Shown here piece after piece: positions 9,605 to 22,591 of a stretch of DNA of 64,000 nucleotides. Each line of letters begins with the position of its first letter. Positions within the stretch are counted from its first letter, which is position 1. Source of the DNA: Sulfolobales archaeon HS-7 (GTDB lineage Archaea > Thermoproteota > Thermoprotei_A > Sulfolobales > Sulfolobaceae); assembly GCA_019704295.1 (NCBI GenBank), contig AP024596.1, forward strand, positions 1,952,001-2,016,000, given 5' to 3'. The notes under the pieces are model-generated. The model searched no databases. It saw only the letters and a program-made list of their open reading frames with translations, and was not told where the DNA came from. The translations under genes were made by a program, and so were the position numbers.

Positions 9605-10831
9605 ATGGAATTAGACGAACTGTTAAAAAAATTGGAAAAAAAAGAAATTGATTTCAATAAGCTGGAGAGTTACTTAAATCCAAATGAAGCTGCTCTTCTC
9701 CGTAGGCTATTCATAGAGAAGAACAGTGGTAAAAGCTTATCCTCTATCGGTTCTACTATAATAGATTTTAAAGACGTTTATGGGAAAAACATAGAGAATC
9801 CTATAGGTGCAACTCAGATTCCGTTAGGAGTAGCCGGTCCCATCAATATTAATGGGAACTATGCAAAGGGATCATTTTACGTACCTCTTGCAACAACTGA
9901 AGGAGCTCTAGTAGCGAGCGTTAATAGAGGGATAAAGGCAGTAAATGCATCAGGGGGCGTAAACGTAATTATCATTCATGATAGTATGACACGAGCTCCA
10001 GTTTTCTCGCTTCCCTCTATTAGCTATTGCAAATTATTCATTAATTGGATTAATGAGAATTTTAGTAAAATAAAGGAAGTTGCGGAAAGCACTACTAAAT
10101 ACGGAAAGCTTAAGAGCATTGATACGTTTGTTACTGGAAACAACGTGTGGCTTAGATTCTCATTTTCTACAGGTGACGCAATGGGAATGAATATGGTAAC
10201 GTTAGCAGTGGAGAAAGCTTGCGAATATATAGAAAAAGGTTTTCCTGAAGCTAAGTGCATCGCCGTTAGCGGAAACATGTGTTCAGATAAGAAATTATCA
10301 TATGTCAACACTCTTCTTGGGAGAGGAAAGACAGTAATTGCTGAAGCAATATTACCAGGTAAGATCGTAAAAGAGTTTCTAAAATCCAGAGCAGAAGAAA
10401 TAGTAGAAACTAATCTCAGGAAGAATTGGCTGGGGAGCGCTAGAGCTGGTAGTCCCCAGTTCAACGCACATTTTGCAAACATAATTACCGCTATTTTCAT
10501 AGCAACAGGACAGGATGTAGCACAAGTGATAGAAAGTAGTAGCGGATACACATGGGCGGAAGTAAGGGAGGATAACCTTTATTTTTCCGTAACTTTGCCT
10601 TCATTAGAAGTGGGTACTGTCGGAGGAGGAACACAATTGCCTACGCAGTCCGAAGCCCTTAATTTGCTTGAGGTTAAGGGTAGCGGAAATCCGCCTGGTT
10701 CCAACTCCTTAAAATTTGCGGAAATTATAGCAGCAACTGTTCTCGCAGGAGAGTTAAATTTACTTGCGGCAATTACGTCGAGAGAACTAGGTAAGGCGCA
10801 TATGAAATATGGAAGAAAAATGAATGTTTAA
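9605..10831 (+). CDS. hmgA: HMG-CoA reductase (class I)
   Basis: [33 protein letters not shown]. Confidence 0.96.
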   Translation: MELDELLKKLEKKEIDFNKLESYLNPNEAALLRRLFIEKNSGKSLSSIGSTIIDFKDVYGKNIENPIGATQIPLGVAGPININGNYAKGSFYVPLATTEGALVASVNRGIKAVNASGGVNVIIIHDSMTRAPVFSLPSISYCKLFINWINENFSKIKEVAESTTKYGKLKSIDTFVTGNNVWLRFSFSTGDAMGMNMVTLAVEKACEYIEKGFPEAKCIAVSGNMCSDKKLSYVNTLLGRGKTVIAEAILPGKIVKEFLKSRAEEIVETNLRKNWLGSARAGSPQFNAHFANIITAIFIATGQDVAQVIESSSGYTWAEVREDNLYFSVTLPSLEVGTVGGGTQLPTQSEALNLLEVKGSGNPPGSNSLKFAEIIAATVLAGELNLLAAITSRELGKAHMKYGRKMNV

Positions 10832-10855
10832 AAGTAAAGAAAATAATGTTGATAT

Positions 10856-12151
10856 ATGAGCGAATCGCAAACGTTAGAGGAAATAATTAAAATTACATAC
10901 AGTCATAATAAGTGGAGGAGAACGGAAACTCTTAATCTGATTCCTTCCGAAAACGTAATGAGTCCATTAGCGGAGTCCCTTTACCTTACGGACATGATGT
11001 CTAGATATGCTGAGGGCAAACCTTATAAAAGGTACTATCAGGGGACTAAGTTCGTGGACGAGATCGAGGTTTTAGCAAATAAGTTAATTTCGCAGGTATC
11101 TAATGCTAAGTATTCAGATCTAAAGGCGACAAGCGGAACTATAGCTAATGCGGCGGTATTTAGAACACTAGCAAACTGCGGAGACAAGGCTGTCATAGCA
11201 CCAGTACAAGCGGGAGCCCATGTGAGCCACACCCGCTTCGGAACATTGGGAGCTTTAGGCATAAAGCAAATAGACATGTCTTATGATCAGGAGATATATA
11301 ATATTGATGTGGACAACGCAGTGAAGTTAATTGAAAAAGAGGCACCTAAGTTTGTAGTTTTAGGGGGAAGCCTTTACCTATTCCCTCACCCAGTGAAGGA
11401 AATTGCTGAGGCAGCGCATTCAGTAAACGCTCAGCTAGTGTATGACGCTGCACATGTTTACGGTCTTATAACAGGTGGAGTATGGGAAAATCCTTTAAGT
11501 CAAGGGGCTGACGTAATGACGGCATCTACACATAAGACTTTTCCCGGACCTCAGGGAGGCGTCATAGTTTCTAATGAGGAGGAAGTATTTAAGCCTATAT
11601 CAAAGAACGTATTTCCCTGGTTTGTAAGTAACCACCACTTACATAGACTGCCAGCAACCGCAGTAACTGCTCTTGAAATGATAAAATTCGGTCACGAATA
11701 CGCTTCACAAATTGTAAAAAATGCAAAATCGTTGGCGGAAAGTTTAGTTTCTAGGGGATTTAAGGTGATTGGCGAAGAGTTAGGATACACGTCAAGTCAT
11801 CAAGTGGCAATAAACGTTAAAGAACTTGGAGGTGGTGCATACGTAGCTAAGGAATTGGAGGAAGCTAACATTATTACAAATAAAAATCTGCTTCCACAAG
11901 ATACCCCAGACAAGGTTGAAAATCCTAGTGGTATAAGACTTGGGGTACAGGAAATGACACGTTATGGAATGAAGGAGGATGATATGGATAGGATTGCGTC
12001 GTTTATGGAGTCGTTATTAATAAGAAAAGAAAGTAAAGATAAAATTAAGCACGAAGTTATCGAATTCAGGTCTCAATTCCTCGAAGTCAAGTATACGTTT
12101 AATATAGACTTAGGTAAGTATTCTAGTTTTAAAATACCCATGCTTATCTAA
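10856..12151 (+). CDS. glyA: Serine hydroxymethyltransferase
   Basis: [31 protein letters not shown]. Confidence 0.96.
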   Translation: MSESQTLEEIIKITYSHNKWRRTETLNLIPSENVMSPLAESLYLTDMMSRYAEGKPYKRYYQGTKFVDEIEVLANKLISQVSNAKYSDLKATSGTIANAAVFRTLANCGDKAVIAPVQAGAHVSHTRFGTLGALGIKQIDMSYDQEIYNIDVDNAVKLIEKEAPKFVVLGGSLYLFPHPVKEIAEAAHSVNAQLVYDAAHVYGLITGGVWENPLSQGADVMTASTHKTFPGPQGGVIVSNEEEVFKPISKNVFPWFVSNHHLHRLPATAVTALEMIKFGHEYASQIVKNAKSLAESLVSRGFKVIGEELGYTSSHQVAINVKELGGGAYVAKELEEANIITNKNLLPQDTPDKVENPSGIRLGVQEMTRYGMKEDDMDRIASFMESLLIRKESKDKIKHEVIEFRSQFLEVKYTFNIDLGKYSSFKIPMLI

Positions 12152-12551
12152 CTAAAATCACGGTAGTTATTGCGTTAGCTCCTATTGATAATGCCACGGA
12201 ACCTATATTTATGTCATTGTTCACAGAAGAGCCTCTAGCCCCTAGGATCACTGCATCATAGGTATTTGCGTTCATTTCGTTCAAGATTTCATTCGCGATA
12301 CTGCTGGTAGTTAGATCGAGTTTAACTTTCTTATAGCTAAGTTTAACCTTATCGCTAACCCTTTCCTCTACTTTCTTTTCTACTTCCTCACATTCATTGC
12401 TACATACGTTTATTACCGTAATTTTTGAACCGTATCGCATCGCGAAATCGATAGCTAAATCTAAAGCTCTCATACTATTCGCTGAACCGTCAACTGGGAC
12501 TAATACATTCCGAAACCAGAAGCTGACCTCGTAAGTAGGGGGGAAACTCAT
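12144..12551 (-). CDS. Universal stress protein
   Basis: VLVPVDGS...A; ILGARG...GSVA. Confidence 0.9.
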   Translation of the reverse strand: MSFPPTYEVSFWFRNVLVPVDGSANSMRALDLAIDFAMRYGSKITVINVCSNECEEVEKKVEERVSDKVKLSYKKVKLDLTTSSIANEILNEMNANTYDAVILGARGSSVNNDINIGSVALSIGANAITTVILVR

Positions 12552-13561
12552 AATAACTCTCCTCTCATAATCCCTAGATTTCTATCAGTTAGTTCTTTTG
12601 AATCTTTATATCCCATAGATGCCCTTATTGCATCTATGTTCTCCGGAACCACTATAGATTCTTGGTGAACTGCGTAAACTAAATTGATAAGGTTCTGTCT
12701 TACGTCTATCGAACCTTCAAATACGGCGACTTCGTACAGATCTCCTCTGATTCTACCGAGATCCCTAGTAACTTCTAGTATTTCTGCCGTGCCCTCTATT
12801 TCGGCTGTTAGTGGAATTACTACTATTCGACTAGTATTCCTAAGAGTGTCAAGTACTTCTTCTTTCGTAACATCTCTTTTTGTCCTTACTTCTAAAGAGT
12901 GCATATGCATTAGAGTGGTTGGTGCTATTATGGCAGTAGTATATATATCTAAGTCCTTAAGCACTGTTTTCACGTCTGCGGCGTGATGACTTGGCTGTGT
13001 AACGGGATCTAAATCCAGCGAGTTTATTGGGCCCTTTCCCGTTTCTTTAGGATCAGCCCCTCTTCTGACTATTGTCGCTCTAACTCTTTCCAACCCAGCT
13101 AAACCATTTATTGTACATAGAACTCTAAGGAGACCGGTTGTGTTACATGAGACTACTCTTATATACTTCTTATCAATTCCCTCGTCATAATTACATAATG
13201 CGGAGAAGGAGATGTCAGCGACATTGGCCTTCTCGCCGCCCTGAAATATAGCTTTTTTCCCAAGCTTACTATACTGTTCTTTATACTTTACTCCTATCCC
13301 CCCTGGAGTTGCATCCACTATGATATCAGCTTTCTCGAATAGAGCATTAATGTCGCCTGCAACCTTAATTCCCCTTTTTTCGAACTCATCTTCACTTTGA
13401 TGTGGAACGAATAAGGGATATCCTTTCCTTATAGCGATCATTGCCTCATATGACGGTCTAGTCTTGGAAACACCTACTAGTTCCATATCGTTCTGTTGCT
13501 TTATCGCGTCCGCGACTCTCTTGCCTATAGTTCCATAACCGTTAACTGCTACTTTTATCAT
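12548..13561 (-). CDS. gap: Glyceraldehyde-3-phosphate dehydrogenase (archaeal type II)
   Basis: [39 protein letters not shown]. Confidence 0.96.
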   Translation of the reverse strand: MIKVAVNGYGTIGKRVADAIKQQNDMELVGVSKTRPSYEAMIAIRKGYPLFVPHQSEDEFEKRGIKVAGDINALFEKADIIVDATPGGIGVKYKEQYSKLGKKAIFQGGEKANVADISFSALCNYDEGIDKKYIRVVSCNTTGLLRVLCTINGLAGLERVRATIVRRGADPKETGKGPINSLDLDPVTQPSHHAADVKTVLKDLDIYTTAIIAPTTLMHMHSLEVRTKRDVTKEEVLDTLRNTSRIVVIPLTAEIEGTAEILEVTRDLGRIRGDLYEVAVFEGSIDVRQNLINLVYAVHQESIVVPENIDAIRASMGYKDSKELTDRNLGIMRGELL

Positions 13562-14777
13562 CCTGTACACCCCTACTTAGAGCTTCGATGGCAGGAAGCT
13601 TTTCGCCTGCAAGAAACAAAAGCAGCGCCCCGCCACCAGTAGATACGTGAGTTTTTGAAGGATCTATTGTCGTATAATCTAACATACTAATCATGTGGCC
13701 GCCACCAACTATTACAAACCCTTTGCTTTCCATTGCTGAAGTCATAATCCTAATCGTCCCTTCCCTAAACCTTTCGTCTTCAATAACACCCATAGGACCC
13801 CTCAATACTATCACGCTTGCTTCCTTCATAAGTGAGGAATAAACACTAACTGTAGTTTCCCCTACGTCCTTTATTAGATTTTCAACTTTTGACGCCGGTT
13901 CGTTACGGATCTCCCCTTTTTCATCAACAGTTTTGAAATCTAAAGGTATTTCTAAAGGAGCACCGCTTAGCAGGGTTTTTCTAGCCCTTGGAATAAGTGA
14001 CGTCGCTCCAGTCTTTTCTAAAACCTCTAAATTCGCTTTTCCCAGATTAAGTCCTTTTGCTGCAGCGAATAGGACTGATACGAGGCCTCCGAGAAGAATT
14101 CTATCCGCTACCCTATGTCTTGATAAATTTTCTATAATCCTTATACTATCGTGAATTTTCCCCCCGCCCATAACAAATACCTTAGGGCCGTCATTGGGGT
14201 TGAATATTTTAGAAAGGGCGCTAACTTCCTTTTCCATTACTCTTCCAGCCGCTGAGGGTAATAAATAAGGGAACCCAACTAAACTTGGTTGACTCCTATG
14301 GGATGCTGCAAAAGCATCATTTATAAAAAGGTTGAAAAGAGGGGCTAACTTCTTTACTAAAAAAGTTCTTGCCTGCCTCTCCATCTCCGTTTCCACGATT
14401 TCCTCGGAAATCATTCTAATATTCTCAAGAAGTAATACGTCTTTAGGACCAGCCTGCTTTATCTTTTGAATCGCATAAGGACCTATAATATCCTCTACAA
14501 ATTCCACAGTGTGTCCTAGATGCCTGGATAACAGTTCTGCATGCTGATTTAGTGAGATGAAATCATCGTCACCAGGTCTTCCCTGATGAGATAATATTGT
14601 AATAGAAGCGTTATTTTCCAGAAGTTCTTTGATAGTTTGTATGTGGGACTTTATTCTAGAATCATCAAGTACCTTACCTGTTTTCTTGTCGACAGGAGAA
14701 TTTATATCTACTCTTAACAAGACCTTTTTGTTTTTGATTTCCACATCATCCATTGTTGGTATAGTAAGCGAATTCAC
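13542..14777 (-). CDS. pgk: Phosphoglycerate kinase
   Basis: [29 protein letters not shown]; probable start GTG 14777. Confidence 0.95.
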   Translation of the reverse strand: MNSLTIPTMDDVEIKNKKVLLRVDINSPVDKKTGKVLDDSRIKSHIQTIKELLENNASITILSHQGRPGDDDFISLNQHAELLSRHLGHTVEFVEDIIGPYAIQKIKQAGPKDVLLLENIRMISEEIVETEMERQARTFLVKKLAPLFNLFINDAFAASHRSQPSLVGFPYLLPSAAGRVMEKEVSALSKIFNPNDGPKVFVMGGGKIHDSIRIIENLSRHRVADRILLGGLVSVLFAAAKGLNLGKANLEVLEKTGATSLIPRARKTLLSGAPLEIPLDFKTVDEKGEIRNEPASKVENLIKDVGETTVSVYSSLMKEASVIVLRGPMGVIEDERFREGTIRIMTSAMESKGFVIVGGGHMISMLDYTTIDPSKTHVSTGGGALLLFLAGEKLPAIEALSRGVQDDKSSS

Positions 14778-15037
14778 TCTTATCAGATGTAAACCACCAC
14801 ATTCTATTTCGCTAATATCTTTAAATATATTATAGTACAAGGACACTATTAATTTCTTCTATAATTTATTCGAAATTAATAAAAATACTTATTAGAATGA
14901 TCTATTAATAATTATAAAGTCATTATTAATATAAATTACACTCTATTAAAAATTTAAGAACGTTAGATGTACAGTAAGTTTATGATGGTTACAAGTTGCA
15001 TTGATCTTATATGGGGGTTAAGCCAGGAGAAGATTCG

Positions 15038-15327
15038 TGATAGCGTCTAATGTGTAATAAATGTAATTTACTTTAAAAACTAAATTACCGACTTCTTAAG
15101 CTTAAAGTATTCAGCGGTACATTCTGCAAACTTTCAACTTATGGTACTCGAAACCCCTTTTTAGCCTTAACTCTTGAGAAATACGTAATTATTTGTGATT
15201 GTTCTTAATAAACTTATTTTATATTATCTATCTTCTAGTAATTAAACGGATTTAATTCGGAAGAGACGTATTTTATAACTTTTTAGTTTATCTAGTTATT
15301 CTGTTAATTACGCACTGGATACTGTCA
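15038..15327 (+). mobile_element. MITE-like repeat family B, copy 1
   Basis: Imperfect ~20-bp TIR GATAGCGTCTAATGTGTAAT / ATTACGCACTGGATACTGTC; colinear with 45781-46149. Confidence 0.7.
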
Positions 15328-15613
15328 CGTGATGATAGCCTTCCTCATTAAAAAAGACTTTGCAGAGAATGCGTAAACGATAATATTAATGGAGCAGGTT
15401 CCGTCGAGACGTCTATGCTCCACCAAGCAGTCTCGTGGGACACCATGAACATCAACCCTACTGGGAGTGGGAGCGACCCTCAGTGTTATAGAGTCCTCTA
15501 TTACTAGGAGAAGGCAGTGAGTCCCATTCATAGGGGCGCAGTACTTCCCAAATTCACGACTTATACTGATATTCTCATATACTATAAAGACAAGTAATTA
15601 GAATGAGATCATT

Positions 15614-15898
15614 ATGGACATAGAGATCGAACTGATAAGGAAATTAGAGACACTTGCCTTATTGAAGTTATCAGAGGAAGAAGAAAACAATATAATTAAT
15701 GATATAAAAAAAATACTAGACTTTTTCAATACCATACAAAAGGCGCAATTAAGTGATGTCGAGCCATTGTTCCATCCCATTAAAAGTACACATCTCCGTC
15801 CAGACGAAGTTAAGAACGGACTAACAAAAGAAGAAGCGTTAGCTAATGCGAGTAGTGTTGAAGGGGGATACATCAGAGGTCCACGCACTGGTGAGTAA
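15614..15898 (+). CDS. gatC: Asp/Glu-tRNA amidotransferase subunit C
   Basis: LETLALLKL...LRPDEV...ALANA...GYIRGPR; directly upstream of gatA. Confidence 0.92.
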   Translation: MDIEIELIRKLETLALLKLSEEEENNIINDIKKILDFFNTIQKAQLSDVEPLFHPIKSTHLRPDEVKNGLTKEEALANASSVEGGYIRGPRTGE

Positions 15899-15901
15899 AA
15901 G

Positions 15902-17302
15902 TTGATTTCTGAATACATAAAATGCGTCACTGATGAAGGTATAGAAGAATGCATATCAAGAGTTTATGACAGAGTAACCAAGCTAGAACCCAAACTGCAC
16001 GCATTCATAACATTAGTAGATAAGGATACTGTAATTAATAATGCAAAGCAAGTTAGGTCGAGGAAATTAATGGGGTTACCTGTCGCGGTTAAGGACAATA
16101 TATCCACTAAGGGGATAAGAACAACGTGTGGATCAAGAATGCTATCAGAATACGTTCCGGTTTATGATGCTACTGTGATTGAGAGATTAGCTTCCAAGGG
16201 AGCAACCATTCTCGGAAAAACAAATATGGATGAGTTCGCTATGGGTTCGACAACGGAAACGAGCTTTTTTGGTCCGTCTAGAAATCCATGGGATTTGACC
16301 AGAGTTCCAGGTGGCTCATCTGGGGGCAGTGGAGTGGCTATAGCGAGCAAGATGGTTGAGATTGCTTTAGGCAGCGACACCGGTGGTTCTATAAGAGCAC
16401 CCGCTTCGTTTAATGGTGTTTACGGATTAAAGCCGTCCTACGGAACGGTAAGTCGCTACGGACTTGTTGCTTACGCAAACAGTTTAGAACAAATTGGACC
16501 CATGGCTAGAAACGCATCTGATCTAAAAATTCTTTTCTCGATTATATCAGGGTTCGATATTAAGGACGCAACTACCGTAAGTTTTGACAAAAAGGACGAT
16601 GTTGACATTAAGTTAAATGGATTTCGTATAGGTATATTAAAAGACATTATGGATCGTTCTTCACCAGAAGTACAAAATGTGATGTCGAGTTTTATCGAGA
16701 AGCTATCTTCCGAAGGAGCTTTAATAGAAGAAGTGCAGTTAGGCTATATCGACTATATTTTACCTGCATATTACATAATAGCCATGTCAGAAGCCTCGTC
16801 AAACCTAGCGAGATTCGATGGCGTAAGATATGGCTACGGTAGATATAAAGAAGGCACTTGGATACAAACTTTTTCTGCAAATAGAGCAGAGGGATTCGGG
16901 AGCGAAGTGAAAAAGAGGATTCTGCTAGGTTCGTTTATTTTGAGCGCTGGATATTACGACGAGTATTATATTAAGGCACTCAAAATAAGGAAGTTGGTTA
17001 AGGAAAGTGTAGATAACATACTTAAGAGTCATGATGTAATCCTTTCACCAACAATGCCGATCCTTCCACCTAAACTAGGAGATGTGATTGACGATCCGTT
17101 AAAAATGTACGCAATGGATCTTAATACAGTCGTTGCAAACTTAACTGGAATACCTGCTGTTTCAGTTCCCGTGGGATTTTATCAAGGACTGCCTGTAGGG
17201 GCACAATTTATGGGCAAATACCTTAATGACTTTTTCCTATTAAATCTCGTATCAGAGGTCGAGAAGATAACTAAGATGGCAGAGTTAACGCCATCAATAT
17301 AA
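15902..17302 (+). CDS. gatA: Asp/Glu-tRNA amidotransferase subunit A
   Basis: [41 protein letters not shown]. Confidence 0.95.
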   Translation: MISEYIKCVTDEGIEECISRVYDRVTKLEPKLHAFITLVDKDTVINNAKQVRSRKLMGLPVAVKDNISTKGIRTTCGSRMLSEYVPVYDATVIERLASKGATILGKTNMDEFAMGSTTETSFFGPSRNPWDLTRVPGGSSGGSGVAIASKMVEIALGSDTGGSIRAPASFNGVYGLKPSYGTVSRYGLVAYANSLEQIGPMARNASDLKILFSIISGFDIKDATTVSFDKKDDVDIKLNGFRIGILKDIMDRSSPEVQNVMSSFIEKLSSEGALIEEVQLGYIDYILPAYYIIAMSEASSNLARFDGVRYGYGRYKEGTWIQTFSANRAEGFGSEVKKRILLGSFILSAGYYDEYYIKALKIRKLVKESVDNILKSHDVILSPTMPILPPKLGDVIDDPLKMYAMDLNTVVANLTGIPAVSVPVGFYQGLPVGAQFMGKYLNDFFLLNLVSEVEKITKMAELTPSI

Positions 17303-17340
17303 ATATTTTTATTTCGAGAATTCTCACTTTCTCATATAAG

Positions 17341-18417
17341 GTGATTTGTGCTCTGACGCAAGACGCTTATAGTTTTCTCTTTAGGGAATTGGAGAAGCAG
17401 CGGTATCACATAATTGGTTCCCATAGCGTATATAAGAAATGTCATTGGACTCATGAAGCCATTACTAAAAACAGATTTTGTTATAAAGGAAAGTTCTACG
17501 GAATAGAGAGTCATAGATGTGCGCAAATGAGTCCATCTGCTCTTTGGTGCTGGTTTAGATGTGAACATTGCTGGAGATTAGAACCAGAAGATGTGGGCCT
17601 TGATTGGGATGAAACGAAGATCCCAACAGAGGACGATCCAGAGTTAATAGCTGAAAAAAGCATAGAGGAACACATAAGATCGGTATCTGGCTACTATGGA
17701 ATGAAGGGTGTTAACAAAGAAAAAGTGAAAGAAGCTGAGGATGTCAAACATGTAGCCATAAGCCTAACGGGAGAACCCACGTTATACGAGAGAATAGGGG
17801 AGTTAATTAAGGAATATCACAAAAGGGGTATTACCACGTTTTTAGTAACTAGTGGAGTGAGACCTGACATACTAGCTAACTTGGAGGAGGAACCTACACA
17901 ACTGTTTGTTTCCTTACAGGCTCCTAATGAATATAAACACAAGATATTTAATAGACCAATTATCGCAAATTCCTGGAACTTAGTCATGAAGACCTTGAGG
18001 ATTTTACCTAGTTTCAGTTGTCCCACGGTTATACGATTGACTATGATAAACGGATTTAACATGTCAGATAAAGATGCCGAAGAGTTCGCCAAGCTTTTTG
18101 AGATAGCTAAGCCCACCTATATAGAAGTGAAGGCGTATATGCACGTCGGACCGTCAACGTTAAGACTATCAAAAGACGCCATGCCTAGACATAATGAAAT
18201 AAGATTATTCGCAGAAAAGTTGGCAGAATTAACAGGGTATAACATTTTATCAGAACATATACCTAGTAGAATAGTTCTCCTTTCTCAGTTGAATCGCCCA
18301 ATAAAAATAGGCAACGCATGGAGCGATTCGTGGAATTGGTCAACCAGAGATCTGGAGGACGATGTTTCTGGTGAATATAGAGAAGCAGAAACTAGCTGTA
18401 CGGAGGGTCAGATTTGA
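17341..18417 (+). CDS. taw1: Radical SAM 4-demethylwyosine synthase (TYW1/Taw1)
   Basis: [45 protein letters not shown]. Confidence 0.93.
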   Translation: MICALTQDAYSFLFRELEKQRYHIIGSHSVYKKCHWTHEAITKNRFCYKGKFYGIESHRCAQMSPSALWCWFRCEHCWRLEPEDVGLDWDETKIPTEDDPELIAEKSIEEHIRSVSGYYGMKGVNKEKVKEAEDVKHVAISLTGEPTLYERIGELIKEYHKRGITTFLVTSGVRPDILANLEEEPTQLFVSLQAPNEYKHKIFNRPIIANSWNLVMKTLRILPSFSCPTVIRLTMINGFNMSDKDAEEFAKLFEIAKPTYIEVKAYMHVGPSTLRLSKDAMPRHNEIRLFAEKLAELTGYNILSEHIPSRIVLLSQLNRPIKIGNAWSDSWNWSTRDLEDDVSGEYREAETSCTEGQI

Positions 18418-19074
18418 AAAGTTAGTGATACATGCTGTTTCGTAGCCCTTATTGTAGTATCATCTGCAAGTGGCGCAATATCACAAAACGAGCTAGCAAA
18501 AAAACTCCAGGTTTCACAACAGACCATTTCAAGGAAACTTGCTGAACTGGAAGCTGAGGGTCTTATTAAAAGAATAATAGGAAAAGATGGTGAAATAATA
18601 AAATTAACTGACAGTGGAGCTAATATACTTCAGGAATGTGGGAAATATGTCCTAGACGCTTTGAAGAATAAGTTTATCCTTGAGATATCAGGCAAAGTAG
18701 TAAGCGGTTTAGGTGAGGGAAAAATTTTCCTAATGCAATCTTATTATTTAAATGCCTTTAAGGAAAAACTTGGTTTTGGACCTTATCCAGGCACACTTAA
18801 TGTAGTAATTGATGATATTTTATCAATGCAAAATAGAGTAGAATTAGATATGCTCAGAGGTATTGAGATCCCTGAGTATAGAGAGAAAGAGAGAGTTCTT
18901 GGTTCTGTGAAAGCCTTTTTTGCCAAGATAAATGATGAAATTGATGGAGCAGTTGTTATACCTGCAAGGACTATACACCCTAAAAGTGTAATCGAAATTA
19001 TATCGCCTTACTATCTACGGGAAAAATTAAGTCTAAAAGATGGAGTTAGAGTTAAGATAACCGTATTCGCTTAA
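18418..19074 (+). CDS. ribK: CTP-dependent riboflavin kinase with N-terminal MarR-like HTH (RbkR type); start anomalous
   Basis: GKVVSGLGEG, PYPGTLN, EIISPYYLR; frame stays open upstream of 18661 to 18418 and encodes ISQNELAKKLQVSQQTISRKLAELE. Confidence 0.88.
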   Translation, partial: KVSDTCCFVALIVVSSASGAISQNELAKKLQVSQQTISRKLAELEAEGLIKRIIGKDGEIIKLTDSGANILQECGKYVLDALKNKFILEISGKVVSGLGEGKIFLMQSYYLNAFKEKLGFGPYPGTLNVVIDDILSMQNRVELDMLRGIEIPEYREKERVLGSVKAFFAKINDEIDGAVVIPARTIHPKSVIEIISPYYLREKLSLKDGVRVKITVFA

Positions 19075-19345
19075 TCTGAACTCTAACAGAGATTTAAACG
19101 TTACTTATCTTAACGGATAACATCGTATAAATATTTCGATTTAACTTCAAACATAGTGTTAGCTAGTATTGTTAAGTAGATGTCTCAATCTACAGTGAAA
19201 TAAGGGAGGATCACTCGGTTCGTAAGGTTATTATACCAGGCTCTAAACTCGGTAGCTCCCTGGTGAGTAGAGAGCTTCCAGAAAATTCTTACGTGTTTCA
19301 TAAAACTTGAGCGGTGTGAGTAATTCGTCTCGACAATGAGAAACC

Positions 19346-19509
19346 AGACCCTCACCGCGTATATTGTAAACTGTAATTTATGAGAAAGATAGATGAAATG
19401 CAGTAAATTGTTGAGCGTAAATTCCCATACCGTCAATGCGGCAGTATTGAATTAAATTTGTTATATTTATTGAAATAAACTGAATTTGCAAAGGAGGCGT
19501 GAATCACCC
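19346..19509 (-). mobile_element. MITE-like repeat family A, diverged inverted copy
   Basis: Reverse strand reads GGGTGATTCACGCCTCCTTTGCAAATTCAGTTTATTT...AATTTAATT...CTCAACAATTT. Confidence 0.65.
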
Positions 19510-19611
19510 GTTGTAGAACACCCTAGTTTTCTTTTACCTCTTCTTATACACTCACACGTAATTAACTTAGTTAACTAGCCTTAAGAGAATATGATTAAAA
19601 TCTCTTTAACT

Positions 19612-19977
19612 TCATAACGCTTCTATTAGCCAGCGGTTCATCTTGTTACAGGATTGCGGACTCACGTGACTTCCGTTTTGACATTTATTTATTAATTTGC
19701 ATGAAAAACAAGGTATATCTATTATGTTTCCTAAGTTTGCAATAATATCTATGTTATCGTTATTGGCAATATATAACATGACGACCTTTTTCCCATCAAC
19801 GATTGTCGCCTCTTTCCTTACCAATCCTTTTCGGATTAACCTGGTAACATTTCTCGCTGCTTCGGCGCTCGATATTCCCAATATTTTACTGACGTCTGCT
19901 TGTTTTATTCCCTTTTCCCCAGCTTGTCTTATTTTTGAATATATTATCTCTTCTATCTGTGAGGCAGTACTTTCCAT
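19612..19977 (-). CDS. TFE beta subunit (RPC34/39-like; wHTH plus Fe-S domain)
   Basis: N-terminal wHTH; C-terminal PCFSC...C...PQSC; next to tfb. Confidence 0.82.
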   Translation of the reverse strand: MESTASQIEEIIYSKIRQAGEKGIKQADVSKILGISSAEAARNVTRLIRKGLVRKEATIVDGKKVVMLYIANNDNIDIIANLGNIIDIPCFSCKLINKCQNGSHVSPQSCNKMNRWLIEAL

Positions 19978-20085
19978 TTAGAACCCCATTGCGACTATAT
20001 ATATTTCGCTACATTTGTTATTAACCTTTATCATAATGATCAATAGGAAAAAGATTTATAAGGAGAACAAGAAAAACTATTTTAA

Positions 20086-21000
20086 TTACATATAAACTTT
20101 TATATCTAAATTATCAACTATATCTCTATATCTATTCCTTACTGTGACCTCTGTAATACTTCCTGCTTTAGCTACTTCCTCCTGAGTTTTCTTGTGCCCA
20201 AGGAGAACCGCTATTAAATACACTGAAGCGGCTGCTATTGGCAAGGGACTTTTCCCGCTCGCTAAACCGCTTTTCTTAACTTCATTGATAAGCTCAGCAG
20301 CTTTAGTAACAATGTTTTCTTCAAGTTGAAGGTTGCTTACTATCTGAGGCACAAATCTAACTGGTTCGTAACCTTTTCTCTTCTTTGTCAGATCTGGGTT
20401 TGCTAAGGTTATCTTATCTTTAGCCCTCCACATTTCCTCCTTAGTTATTCCTACGATCCTCAGAATTTCGGGTTCCGATTTAGGTTCTCCCTTAATATTA
20501 CATGCCTCCTCAATAGCTGCGGCAACTACAGCCCTTACGTCGATGCGCTTCATTAGACCTTTATCTACTACCTTTCTTATTAGTTTCCCAGCTTCCTCTT
20601 TAACCGAAGGCGTTACTCCTAGCTTTCCGCTAATATCATGCAAAGTGCTTAAGGCCGTGATAAGTTTTTTATCTGCTTGCTTGATTCTCGATTTTTTATT
20701 TTCTCGATTATTATAGATTTTTTCACGTATTCCCCTAATCCTGTTTCTTCTACTCACTCCTATTCTAGTTCCTAACCCTTCATCGTGTACTAGAGGATTC
20801 ACCGGACTGTATGTGTTCCTTTGTTTCTTCTGTTCCTGATTATAGATTCCATAGCCAAGACCATCATCTATCATTTGTTCTTCAAGAACAATTCCACACT
20901 TACAACATTTTACCTCTCCATTTACTTTATCGGTTATTGGTTCATGTTTTCCTCCTAATGGACACTCCGAGTTAGACGTATTATCAGTTACTGTTGCCAT
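20086..21000 (-). CDS. tfb: Transcription initiation factor TFB (TFB2-type paralog)
   Basis: Zn ribbon, two cyclin folds, GKSP...AAAS, TEVTVRNRY; gar1 upstream. Confidence 0.93.
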   Translation of the reverse strand: MATVTDNTSNSECPLGGKHEPITDKVNGEVKCCKCGIVLEEQMIDDGLGYGIYNQEQKKQRNTYSPVNPLVHDEGLGTRIGVSRRNRIRGIREKIYNNRENKKSRIKQADKKLITALSTLHDISGKLGVTPSVKEEAGKLIRKVVDKGLMKRIDVRAVVAAAIEEACNIKGEPKSEPEILRIVGITKEEMWRAKDKITLANPDLTKKRKGYEPVRFVPQIVSNLQLEENIVTKAAELINEVKKSGLASGKSPLPIAAASVYLIAVLLGHKKTQEEVAKAGSITEVTVRNRYRDIVDNLDIKVYM

Positions 21001-21261
21001 TCATCTCCTCCTCTCCTCAAAGAAGACTTTCTCCCCTTTCTTTATCTCTTCTAGACTCTTAACTAAAATATAAGGCTCGTTTACATTTCCAACGACATCT
21101 AGGACTTGACCTACCTTTCGTTTTTTTTCATCAAAGATATACTTTCCAACAAGCTTATATTTAGTATAATCCATCTTGTTTATTCCCTTGACTAGCACCT
21201 TATACCTAGGTAAGCTATTATAAACGTAACCCAATTGAGTTAATCTGCTCTTTGCCATCAT
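21001..21261 (-). CDS. gar1: H/ACA RNP protein Gar1/Naf1
   Basis: KVGQVLDVVGNVNEPYILVK; conserved gar1-tfb pair. Confidence 0.85.
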   Translation of the reverse strand: MMAKSRLTQLGYVYNSLPRYKVLVKGINKMDYTKYKLVGKYIFDEKKRKVGQVLDVVGNVNEPYILVKSLEEIKKGEKVFFEERRR

Positions 21262-21478
21262 CTCTCTATATTATCAGTCATTTTATATATACGTTAGTAT
21301 TGTAATACTTCAATAGTTCTCTCGATAAGTAATATCATTATTAACACGGCGGATTACGTCAAACTTTATTTATAAACGTAGGCAAAATAATTAGTTTTAT
21401 TTACTATCGACATTAGGATAACCATATATAATAAGTTAAATCCAAAGATAAAAATATAAACATACTTATATCGAATAG

Positions 21479-22585
21479 TTATAGAGCCTTGAATTTTTCC
21501 TGCCACGCTTCATAGATTTTCGTAATTTCTGCACTGACGCTAGGCTTTCTTAATTTGAAAGCCTCTTCAAATTCCTTCATAGTAACAGGCCGTGGCTCTT
21601 TACTTCCCGTCTTGAACATCTCCTTAACAATTATCATATGGGCGGTCTGCACTAGATCCCTTATATCGCTAGCTGTGTAACCCTCAGCCTTTTCGGCTAA
21701 CGTCTGTATATCGAGCCCGGTAGTTTTTATTTTCGACGTATAGAATCTAAAGAGCTCTACCCTTTGCTCCCTGTCTGGAAGTCCTATGTAAATTCTTTTC
21801 TGGAAACGTCTTATAAAGGCCTCGTCTAATTTCCATGGTTTATTTGTAGCACCGATAACATAGACTTTAAAAGTCTCTGATTTGTCCTGTAATCCATCCA
21901 TTTCCTTCAAAAACTGATTTCTTACCCTAGCTTCTCCGCCAATTTCGTTGTTAAAAGAACCAAGCAGTGCGTCTAACTCATCTATGAAAACGACAACAGG
22001 TTTATTTTCCTGTTTTGATAATTCCCTTGCCTTTACGAAGACTTTTGACACGTTTTTCTCTGACTCACCGAGCCACTTTGACATAACTGAAGCGGCGTCA
22101 ATATGCATAAATTCTGAGTCGATTTCATTAGCCACCGCAGCGGCAATCATTGTCTTTCCGCATCCAGGGGGACCATAAAGCAAGATGCCCCTAGGCCAGC
22201 CGAGTGGAAAAAGATCGGGTCGCATTGATGGATATATTATCGATTCCCGTAACGCTTCTTTTACGTTATCTAGCCCCACTATATCATCAAACCTTACTTT
22301 AGGTTTTTCCGATAGTACAATGACTTCTGACGTTTTTTCTTGAGGGGAATCGCCTTCCGGCAGCATTTCCTTAAGGACTTGGATTCTCTTTTTATATTCA
22401 TTAATCATCTGTTCATACGCATGACGAGCTACGGAATCAGGATATAACGCTACCAACTGTGTTAGGACATCTATCGCACGTTGATAATTGGTTATAGCAT
22501 CATCCTTTCTCCCTTCCTTGTCTGCTCTAACAGCAGTTATAGCATATTTTCTCGCTAGATCTTCTAGCATTATTTGAGCGCTCAA
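21479..22585 (-). CDS. cdvC: Cell division AAA ATPase CdvC (Vps4)
   Basis: N-terminal MIT domain, [20 protein letters not shown]. Confidence 0.95.
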   Translation of the reverse strand: MSAQIMLEDLARKYAITAVRADKEGRKDDAITNYQRAIDVLTQLVALYPDSVARHAYEQMINEYKKRIQVLKEMLPEGDSPQEKTSEVIVLSEKPKVRFDDIVGLDNVKEALRESIIYPSMRPDLFPLGWPRGILLYGPPGCGKTMIAAAVANEIDSEFMHIDAASVMSKWLGESEKNVSKVFVKARELSKQENKPVVVFIDELDALLGSFNNEIGGEARVRNQFLKEMDGLQDKSETFKVYVIGATNKPWKLDEAFIRRFQKRIYIGLPDREQRVELFRFYTSKIKTTGLDIQTLAEKAEGYTASDIRDLVQTAHMIIVKEMFKTGSKEPRPVTMKEFEEAFKLRKPSVSAEITKIYEAWQEKFKAL

Positions 22586-22591
22586 CTTCTA

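Noticed and set aside
19185-19436. 83-aa - strand ORF
   Set aside because: Begins inside the inverted MITE A copy; no recognisable motif.
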